From a virus (taxonomy: Duplodnaviria; Caudoviricetes), in IMG/VR virus record IMGVR_UViG_3300027362_000022, positions 1-29,078 of that record: 29,078 nt of DNA. One strand, written 5' to 3'. The notes under the pieces are model-generated. The model was not told where the DNA came from and searched no databases. It saw only the letters and a list, made by a program, of their open reading frames with translations. Made by a program: the position numbers and the translations under genes. Of this stretch, positions 8,902 through 16,201 are shown piece after piece (the stretch's first letter is position 1; each line of letters opens with the position of its first letter).

Positions 8902-9855
8902 GTGGCTATTATTTTTAGACCTCCACTTTATACTCAAAGGTCTAAAGCTAGAAAAAGGTCTGATTTTGATGTTCCAAATCTACTGTTAACAGTTCTTGCT
9001 GTTGCAGTAGTTGCTGTTCCATTTAGTCAAGAAGATTGGCCAAATCGAAAGCGTTTTGGAAGGGTTGGTGTTGTAGATGTTGCACCAAATTTACTTCTTA
9101 CAACACTTGCAACACCAACGCCTACTCCTTTTAAGCTGATAGATTTACCAAGTAGGCAAAGGTTTAACAAGCGTAATATAGACTGGAATCAAAATCTTTT
9201 AGCTACTACGCTTGCACCAGAAATAGTAGCAGACCCGCTACCTTTTGTACAAAACAACTTTCCAACTAGATCTATTCGGAAAGTATATGCACAAGAAGAT
9301 GTACCAAACTTACTACAAACTACTCTTGCTGTAACTGTTATTCCATTTTCACAAAATGAGTTTTTATATTTACGGAAAATTGGTCGTCACAGTATAGATT
9401 TTTCACCAAATCTTCTTCAAACAACATTAGAGCCAGTTGTAGAAGTTAGGCCTTTCGTTTCTTTTGACTGGAATTGGATAAGACCTACACAACGAAAACA
9501 GTATGATGTAGATTTTCTACAAAACCTACTTAATACTGTTCTCGATCCTACTATTGTAGTAACTTGGGCAGAATACGGTGCTCCATTTATGTTTACTGCT
9601 GCAAATTGGACAGATCCAAATCCATTTTTTGAAGTTTATATGCGTGCAACTATTGGAACTGTGTATGCGCGCGTATTTGATATTACTGACGGGCTTCCAG
9701 TAGTAAATTCTGAACTTAGTACTATGCTTGGAGTTTTCCAGCGTATACGATCAGTAGAGTTGCTGCTTACAGATACACATGAATATAAACTTCAAGTTGG
9801 TAAATTAGCAGCTCATAGTGGTGAAATAATTTCTGGTAGATTAATTATTATTTAG
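8902..9855 (+). CDS. Tandem-repeat protein (six 34-38 aa repeats plus a C-terminal beta domain)
   Basis: GTG start with AGGAG RBS; NLLxT[T/V]L occurs six times, with Asn codons at 8977, 9088, 9193, 9307, 9409 and 9523. Confidence 0.75.
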   Translation: MAIIFRPPLYTQRSKARKRSDFDVPNLLLTVLAVAVVAVPFSQEDWPNRKRFGRVGVVDVAPNLLLTTLATPTPTPFKLIDLPSRQRFNKRNIDWNQNLLATTLAPEIVADPLPFVQNNFPTRSIRKVYAQEDVPNLLQTTLAVTVIPFSQNEFLYLRKIGRHSIDFSPNLLQTTLEPVVEVRPFVSFDWNWIRPTQRKQYDVDFLQNLLNTVLDPTIVVTWAEYGAPFMFTAANWTDPNPFFEVYMRATIGTVYARVFDITDGLPVVNSELSTMLGVFQRIRSVELLLTDTHEYKLQVGKLAAHSGEIISGRLIII

Positions 9856-9864
9856 GAGAATGCA

Positions 9865-10041
9865 ATGACAATCTTAACAGTTATTCTTCTTGTTCTTTTG
9901 ATTTTAGCTCTTACAGGCCAATTTGGATCTGCTCCACCTGCACCAAATGTTGTGTGGGTAATTGTTGTTGTTGCTCTTATTCTTTGGTTAGCTGGTGATG
10001 CAACTGGCTGGCATTCTGGACGTTTCTGGGGTCATAGATAG
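9865..10041 (+). CDS. Small two-TM membrane protein, holin candidate (absent from the ORF track)
   Basis: Hand-translated, 58 aa: MTILTVILLVLLILALTGQFGSAPPAPNVVWVIVVVALILWLAGDATGWHSGRFWGHR; AGGAG RBS; fills the gap between its neighbours. Confidence 0.7.
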   Translation: MTILTVILLVLLILALTGQFGSAPPAPNVVWVIVVVALILWLAGDATGWHSGRFWGHR

Positions 10042-10050
10042 GGAGAGTTT

Positions 10051-10407
10051 ATGAGTGACGAACACAAGGAAGAAGAAAATAAAATCGGTGAGGGTATTCG
10101 GCGACAAATTAGTTGGCAGTATGTAATTCTTACTATTACTCTTGCTCTTATATCAGGTGGTCCAACTTTTATTATGGCTTGGAAAGCTGAAAGTCAAGCT
10201 ACCGAAGCTAAAGATCAGTCAAAAGAAACACATGATGCTGTCAATAGTAGACTTGATGAGTTTATAAAAACCTACAAGCAAGCTGCTACTGATGCAGCAC
10301 TTCTTAAAGAACGTAAAGACGTTAGTGATAGGAAAGAGAAAAAAGATCACGAAGAAGAAATGCTCCCAAATGCAGTAGATACTAGTAGACAGAGGAAAAC
10401 CAAATGA
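10051..10407 (+). CDS. Single-TM coiled-coil protein (holin, antiholin or spanin-like lysis accessory)
   Basis: 118 aa; one hydrophobic helix (YVILTITLALISGGPTFIMAW) then a charged helical region (HDAVNSRL); GGGAG RBS. Confidence 0.55.
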   Translation: MSDEHKEEENKIGEGIRRQISWQYVILTITLALISGGPTFIMAWKAESQATEAKDQSKETHDAVNSRLDEFIKTYKQAATDAALLKERKDVSDRKEKKDHEEEMLPNAVDTSRQRKTK

Positions 10408-11612
10408 GTGACACGATTAAGCTACTTGTAAATGAGAAGGAAGTCTTTAAGCACATTTGTGATGTGCCAATACCTCCTATTCCTCCCGTTCCAGTTCCAA
10501 CACTGGGGGGTTATACTGTCAAGTCTGGTAAAATCTTTACACCTGAAGGTATCAGACTTCGCATAAAAGGTGTTTCTCACTTTGGATTCAATGTTGCTAA
10601 AACACTTCAACCACAATGGATGTGGGGACAGAATTGGAAAGTTCAACTTAAGCAAATACTTGATGCTGGCTTTAATGCTGTTCGTGTTCCATTTATTCCA
10701 GATACACTCTACTCGCCTGCTTCTGCTCGTGGATATGTTGATCCAGGAATAAATCCAGGAATAGAAACAGTAACACCACTACAGTTTTTAGACTTTTGGA
10801 TGGCAGAAGCAAACAGGCTTGGTCTTTACATCATGCTTGATTTCCATTCTGTTAGTGGAAGGTCTCTTTACTTCCATTGGTTTGTGGGAGAACCTTTGCA
10901 TTATGGGGCCGGTCGTTGGGTAGAAACTTGGAATCAACAACCCTATAGTGAAGCCAATTGGATTCGTGATCTTGTATTTGTTGCAAAGCGTTACGCACAC
11001 CTTTCTAAGTTCTTTGCGATTGATATCTTCAATGAGCCACATGATCTTGTAACATGGGGTAAACCAACACCTGGTAAAGTCTCATGGAAAGATGCAGCAG
11101 AAAAAGCAGCAGCTGCAATACTTGCTGCAAATCCAAATCTGTTAATCTTTGTTCAAGGAATCAGTGACAACTGGGAAGGGCCAGAAAAGAACATTCCAAT
11201 CAATTGGGGTGAGAACTTTCAACCTCAATTACGTGCACCACTTCTTATTCCATCAGAAAAACTTGTTCTTTCCCCTCACTCATACGGCCCAGATGTTTAC
11301 TATGAGAATGAGTTTGACGCTGCTAACTTTCCAGATAATCTCCCAGAAAACTGGGAACAATTGTTTGGCCAATTCTATCCAAACCATGCTGTAGTTGTTG
11401 GTGAGTGGGGTGGGCGTTATGGCGTTGGTGGTGTAGGAATCAAAGATAAACAATGGCAAGATAAGTTCGTTGATTATCTGATTAGCAAAGGTATGACAGA
11501 TACCTTCTACTGGTGCTGGACTCCTAATAGTGGCGATACTGGTGGTATTCTTGATGATAATTTGAATGTGCGAGCTGATAAGATGGGATTACTTGGGAGA
11601 CTATGGAGATAA
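10404..11612 (+). CDS. Glycoside hydrolase family 5 endoglucanase (cellulase-like)
   Basis: GH5 hallmarks all present: FNAVRVPF, IMLDFH, acid/base IFNEPH, SPHSYGP, nucleophile VVGEWGG, FYWCWTPNSGDTGGIL. No signal peptide. Confidence 0.92.
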   Translation: MSDTIKLLVNEKEVFKHICDVPIPPIPPVPVPTLGGYTVKSGKIFTPEGIRLRIKGVSHFGFNVAKTLQPQWMWGQNWKVQLKQILDAGFNAVRVPFIPDTLYSPASARGYVDPGINPGIETVTPLQFLDFWMAEANRLGLYIMLDFHSVSGRSLYFHWFVGEPLHYGAGRWVETWNQQPYSEANWIRDLVFVAKRYAHLSKFFAIDIFNEPHDLVTWGKPTPGKVSWKDAAEKAAAAILAANPNLLIFVQGISDNWEGPEKNIPINWGENFQPQLRAPLLIPSEKLVLSPHSYGPDVYYENEFDAANFPDNLPENWEQLFGQFYPNHAVVVGEWGGRYGVGGVGIKDKQWQDKFVDYLISKGMTDTFYWCWTPNSGDTGGILDDNLNVRADKMGLLGRLWR

Positions 11613-11613
11613 C

Positions 11614-11850
11614 GTGAGTAACGGGAATAGAATTAAAGAACATCTAGTCACACGTTTTGAAGCAGTTTATAATGAAAATATAAAAAAGTGGCGTGGACAG
11701 ATTGTAAATACAGCAAATAACGAAGTTTTATGGCTTACTCCAGAATTAAGTAACCAAGCAGCCTGTTTAGCTACTATCGAAACAGCTAGACTCACAAATA
11801 CTTACACTGTAACTAAAATTGTTACAACTAAAGGTGCAACAACCAAATGA
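11614..11850 (+). CDS. YegP/DUF1508-like small protein
   Basis: Start placed at GTG 11614 (GGAG at 11605-11608); RFEAVY...KWRGQIVNTANNEVLWLTPELSNQAACLATIE follows the DUF1508 pattern FE.Y.....WR..L.A.NGE....SE.Y...AAC...IE. Confidence 0.5.
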   Translation: MSNGNRIKEHLVTRFEAVYNENIKKWRGQIVNTANNEVLWLTPELSNQAACLATIETARLTNTYTVTKIVTTKGATTK

Positions 11851-12215
11851 TGACACTTGGAGAAAAACAGCGTTTGTTTGTTTACCTACAGGGAGTTTTC
11901 ATCCTGTGGTGTTATGCTAATGACTATGAACTAAGTGATGGAGAAGCACATAGACCTCCTGAACTTTCTGCACTTTATGCTAAACAGGGCAGAGGAATAA
12001 GTAATACGTTGCACGGAATTCGACTTGCAAGAGATTGGAATCTTTTTAAAGATTTATCTCTGCCAGGTGATGAAGATATTTACCAAAAAGATTCAGAAGC
12101 ATATCGTCCTCTTGGAACTTTTTGGAAATCACTACATCCACTGTGTAGATGGGGTGGAGATTTCGCAAACAAAGATGGGAACCATTTTTCATTGGAACAT
12201 GAAGGAGTAAAATAA
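11847..12215 (+). CDS. Endolysin, M15 family metallopeptidase
   Basis: GEAHRPPE, SNTLHGIRLARD (His and Asp zinc ligands) and WGGDF..KDGNHFSLEH match M15 endolysins of proteobacterial phages. Confidence 0.88.
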   Translation: MMTLGEKQRLFVYLQGVFILWCYANDYELSDGEAHRPPELSALYAKQGRGISNTLHGIRLARDWNLFKDLSLPGDEDIYQKDSEAYRPLGTFWKSLHPLCRWGGDFANKDGNHFSLEHEGVK

Positions 12216-13924
12216 TGGCTGGCGAACGTGCTCCAATAGCTTATGAATCTTCACTTCCTGCAATTTTGCAGTTCATGCAAAATGCAATGGGGAGTAAAGA
12301 GACTAAAGAAAGTTCTGCAAACATTGATCCACTCATGCAGATTTTTGGTCAGCAGAATGATCCTGCTGCTCTAGCTAATCTTGTTGCACAACTTTTCCAG
12401 AGTGGTGCAGCTCAAGTTCCTCAGCTTACTACACAGTTTGCAAATGCCACTGGCACTAGAACTACTAACAATTCAATGCTTGGCAACAGTCTGGCGCTGC
12501 TAAATCAGAACATTGCCCAAGCTATTGCTCAAAGTGTTGTTCAACAACAAGCTAATGCAAGTGCTACAGCGGGCCGAGTAGCAGATGCTACGCGCAATGA
12601 AACACGAGTAACTAAGCCTGCTAAGAATCCCTATGGTGTTCTTGGGCTTGCTACTCTTGGCGGTTCTATTCTTAACAAGGTTGGTAAGAATACAGGATTT
12701 GGTGCAGATGAGGAAGTAATCCCTGGTGGAGCTTCTCCATCGTCTGTAGGTGTAGAGGCACCTACACCATTTCCTGATGTATTTTCTTCTCCTGCTCCAT
12801 TTGTAGGTTCTCCCATAGAAACTTCATTAGACCCTATTTTTACATCTGGAATAGGTTTTGATGGAGGCGTAGGACTAGGTGGAGGAGTTGGAGAAGGCTT
12901 AGATATGGGTAATGGCTTTGGAGAAAGTATAGCTGATCCTACATCTTTCCAAGATATAGGATCAGTTGTGGATCTCCCATTAGATGATATTCCGCTAGAC
13001 GATTTTGGTGGCTTTGAAGAGTTCTTTAGTGACTTTGGTGGCTTTTTTGCTGATGGTGGCAGAGTGCCTAGCTACGCTGATGGTGGGGCTGTTAGAAACA
13101 GAGCTAACTTTGGTGCTTACCCAGAAATACCGCTTACAAAAGCAATCACACTAAACAAACAACTAGTTAATAACAGAATTGCTAATCCTCTACCTTCTGC
13201 ACCTAAAAAGCGTAGTGGTGGGGTATCTGATATAGATGTTCCTGGGACAAATTCTCCCGGAGCTACTACCGGGGGTGCTCCTGAGGGTATTGCTGGCGGG
13301 CCTCCGGGTGGTTTTGGTGGACTTAGTATAGGACAAGCAGTAGCAATTGGGATTGCTACCATAACTGGTGGGCCTCTAGCAGGAGTAACAGCTCTTGGTA
13401 AAAGTCTTGGTATAAATGCTCTTACGCAAGGTCTTGCTGGACTTAACAATACAGTAGACTTAGAAGCTATTGATACTTTTGATATGGAGCAGGGTGCTTT
13501 GATGGGGCAGGGACTTGGATTTGGAAATGTGGGAGAAATTGATATGTCCTCTCCCGCAGTTGATATGTCTGGAATGGATACTTCTGAACCTGACGCTGAC
13601 CCCGGAACTTCTGATTTTGGTGGTAGTGAAGCTGGAGACGCGGATGCTGGGGATGGTGACGCAAGTGGCGGTGACGATGGTGATTCTGGTGGCGACGATG
13701 GTGGTGATGGTGGCGACGGTGGCGACGGTGGAATGGCAGATGGTGGTATCATTTCACATAAAAGTGCTAAGAAGAAGCCACGGGTATTAGATTCAGAAAC
13801 AATTAAAGCTACGCCAGGAGAGTATGTTCTTCCTGTGGATGTTGTAGAATTTATTGGAAAGAGCACGCTAGATGACTTGGTGAAAATGGTGCATACTCCT
13901 GTAAGGACTGGCACACATGGCTGA
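12215..13924 (+). CDS. Internal virion / ejection (pilot-like) protein with ADGG motifs
   Basis: 569 aa; Gln-rich N-terminus, Gly-rich hydrophobic segments, acidic linkers, three ADGG motifs, C-terminal ATPGEYVLPVDVVEFIG domain; first of three large genes. Confidence 0.6.
   Translation: MAGERAPIAYESSLPAILQFMQNAMGSKETKESSANIDPLMQIFGQQNDPAALANLVAQLFQSGAAQVPQLTTQFANATGTRTTNNSMLGNSLALLNQNIAQAIAQSVVQQQANASATAGRVADATRNETRVTKPAKNPYGVLGLATLGGSILNKVGKNTGFGADEEVIPGGASPSSVGVEAPTPFPDVFSSPAPFVGSPIETSLDPIFTSGIGFDGGVGLGGGVGEGLDMGNGFGESIADPTSFQDIGSVVDLPLDDIPLDDFGGFEEFFSDFGGFFADGGRVPSYADGGAVRNRANFGAYPEIPLTKAITLNKQLVNNRIANPLPSAPKKRSGGVSDIDVPGTNSPGATTGGAPEGIAGGPPGGFGGLSIGQAVAIGIATITGGPLAGVTALGKSLGINALTQGLAGLNNTVDLEAIDTFDMEQGALMGQGLGFGNVGEIDMSSPAVDMSGMDTSEPDADPGTSDFGGSEAGDADAGDGDASGGDDGDSGGDDGGDGGDGGDGGMADGGIISHKSAKKKPRVLDSETIKATPGEYVLPVDVVEFIGKSTLDDLVKMVHTPVRTGTHG
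13650..13732 (+). repeat. Low-complexity coding repeat encoding Gly/Asp
   Basis: Imperfect GGCGACG(A/G)TGG-type units encoding GDGDASGGDDGDSGGDDGGDGGDGGDGG. Confidence 0.7.
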
Positions 13925-16190
13925 AGCTTCAGAAGTGGTTGGTGTTACTGCACCAGAGAATATTCCAACGCGTGTAATCTTTGAGTACATTGACTCTGTT
14001 GCATCTAAGTATGGTGTAACTCCTGAACTTGCTAAGCAAATTTTTCTTAGTGAGAATATGCAGAAGAAGGAGGGTCGATACATTGCCCCTATTTCCGTTC
14101 CCCGCGGACAAGTAAGTAATAAAGAAGCGCGCGGGTTAATGCAAGTAATGCCTTCTACGCATTCATCCCTTGTCCAGCAAGGTTATTTACCTGCTGGTCA
14201 TAAACTTGATACTTGGCAAAGTGAAGTAGACGCAGGACTCGCAGCGTTGAAAGCTAAACAAAAAGAACAAGGAACTACTGATCCTTTTATCATTGCTGCG
14301 GCTTATCAAGGTGGCCCACCTGCTGCAAAACTTGTAAAAAACGATAAAGTTGAATCTCTTGGACCTGAAGGTAGAAACTACCAAGAGAGAATTGCTGCTG
14401 CTCAAGGAATTCTTGGACTCCCAGAATTTATAACTTCCAGGACTCCCGGCGCAGTTCCTGGCCAACCTACTCGTGCAGTTTCTCGTACAGTAGAGCAGGG
14501 TATTGAAGCTTACCAAGCTACGTTGGAAGATAATGGTAGAATACTGCGCCAAATTACCGAAACCATTACAGGATCTACAGAGAAAGCAGTGGCTGCAAGA
14601 ACAGCAGAAGCAGCCTCTTTGCGGCAAGCAGGAGAAGCTGCGGGAGCTGCTGCTACTATTACTGGCACAATCGAAGCTGGACAAGCCAGCATGCGTGAGA
14701 GAATTCTTAATATTCTTAACCTGAATACCACCAAAGCAGACAATCTTGTTTCCACGGAGCTTGCAAAGCAGCAGCAGTTGGAATCTGCTATGGAACCTCT
14801 TAACAAGGAGATTTCTAGCAGAATGGGTGTTGGATTTCTTGACAACCCTCTTGCGTGGTTAGTAAATGCAACAGTTCTTCCTGGTGCTGTTAGTCGCTAC
14901 AATGCAATGACCCGCACTTATAATGACAGTCTGCGGAAGGTTACAGGTGCCCAGAATGTTGTAACCAATCAACAACAGATTGATGTAGCTGGTGTTGCAG
15001 ATATTCTTGCTGAACGTGGTGTAGCTATGGCTAAAGCAGGAGTTGCCAAGGCTAACGCACAAGCTGCAAGCGCAGATGCTGAAGCCGCAGGAATGCGAGC
15101 TGCTAGCGCACTTCAACTTGGCAGACTTGCTGGACAAGTTGCTGATGACAAGGTGCGTGGTATTGAATTTGGTATTCGCCTGGAAGAACGCAGAGAACGA
15201 GGCGCTGGAAAAGCTGAAGATCAGGTTATTCTTGATGATATGAATAGGCAGTTAGGACTAATCTCTACTGCTATTGGTGCTCCTGGTATGACAGTAGCAA
15301 GTCTAAAGACTAAAGGTAAAGCAATCCAAGATATGTGGGACACAGCACGTCGATCCAACTCTGCTGGTCCTAACTTTTCACAATCTATGGCCTTTATTGA
15401 GTCGCAAGGATCTCTCCAAGGTATGCAGCATTCTGGCAGAGCAGAGTTTGCAAAGCTGCAAGAAGCTATGCAACATCAACTTCGCACGGATGCTCATGAA
15501 CTTGGAACAAACTGGGGAATCAGATACCCAGGTTCCAAAGCCCCAAACAGGCAAGGACTTGCTGATATTGCTGCTGATGAAATGGAAAAGAAATTCTACG
15601 CAGAATCTAAGGCTGATATGAGTCGAGCCAGCAACTACAATCCTTACAAAGTAAACCATGCTTACACTGTGAAGGGTTGGAAAGGTAATCCAGACAATCC
15701 AGTAAAAGCTTTCGTTGAAGCTCAGATTGGCAAAGGTGTATCTATCAACGATCAAATTCTGTTGAATACACTGCGGAAACAAATAAAAGCTGGAGTAGTA
15801 CTTCCAGCAGTTGCGGCGCAAGCACTCGTTGAGTATTATCAAGAAGCTATTGATAGGAACAACAGAACGCGTGATTTTAACTTCATGAGTCTTAACAGCC
15901 AAGATAGTTACATCATTCGTCCTATGGCCAGCAAGGTTTCCACATTGGATCTTACTAACAGTCTGAGTGTAGAGAAGTTTCTTACCAATGAAGTTATAAT
16001 AAGTAGGGGGGGAGAACTCGCAGCCCGCTTTGGCAGTAATCGAGCAACTACTTTGGGTCTTGGGGGTGCAGATATAGAGTCTAATACAAATACCCAAGAA
16101 GAAATATTTACTGCACCAAAACCAAAACCAAAACCAGAGCGTAAACAAACTCCTACTTCTGACGTTGGTATGCAGGGCATTAGAGGTTAA
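13917..16190 (+). CDS. Internal virion protein with an N-terminal lytic transglycosylase (SLT) domain
   Basis: IDSVASKYGVTPELAKQIFLSEN (catalytic Glu), ARGLMQVMPST and AAAYQGGP correspond to SLT motifs I-III; followed by a long Ala-rich helical region. Confidence 0.8.
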   Translation: MAEASEVVGVTAPENIPTRVIFEYIDSVASKYGVTPELAKQIFLSENMQKKEGRYIAPISVPRGQVSNKEARGLMQVMPSTHSSLVQQGYLPAGHKLDTWQSEVDAGLAALKAKQKEQGTTDPFIIAAAYQGGPPAAKLVKNDKVESLGPEGRNYQERIAAAQGILGLPEFITSRTPGAVPGQPTRAVSRTVEQGIEAYQATLEDNGRILRQITETITGSTEKAVAARTAEAASLRQAGEAAGAAATITGTIEAGQASMRERILNILNLNTTKADNLVSTELAKQQQLESAMEPLNKEISSRMGVGFLDNPLAWLVNATVLPGAVSRYNAMTRTYNDSLRKVTGAQNVVTNQQQIDVAGVADILAERGVAMAKAGVAKANAQAASADAEAAGMRAASALQLGRLAGQVADDKVRGIEFGIRLEERRERGAGKAEDQVILDDMNRQLGLISTAIGAPGMTVASLKTKGKAIQDMWDTARRSNSAGPNFSQSMAFIESQGSLQGMQHSGRAEFAKLQEAMQHQLRTDAHELGTNWGIRYPGSKAPNRQGLADIAADEMEKKFYAESKADMSRASNYNPYKVNHAYTVKGWKGNPDNPVKAFVEAQIGKGVSINDQILLNTLRKQIKAGVVLPAVAAQALVEYYQEAIDRNNRTRDFNFMSLNSQDSYIIRPMASKVSTLDLTNSLSVEKFLTNEVIISRGGELAARFGSNRATTLGLGGADIESNTNTQEEIFTAPKPKPKPERKQTPTSDVGMQGIRG

Positions 16191-16201
16191 AGTAAAATAC
16201 A

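Noticed and set aside
8902-10407. Genome-wide TAG reassignment, suggested by in-frame TAG junctions at 1200, 9855, 10041 and 23812
   Set aside because: The long conserved genes are uninterrupted under the standard code. Other TAG stops (26266, 26456, 27635) are out of frame with the next gene, in-frame spacers also follow TAA/TGA stops, and the TAGs at 9855 and 10041 overlap or abut normal RBSs.
12215-13924. Tape measure protein of a long-tailed phage
   Set aside because: Despite AxGG and GEYV motifs, no tail tube, chaperone or baseplate genes are evident, and the context fits ejection proteins.
16115-16137. (CCAAAA)n microsatellite as a phase-variation site
   Set aside because: It is a 6-nt in-frame unit encoding PKPKPKP in a disordered tail, so slippage would not shift the frame.
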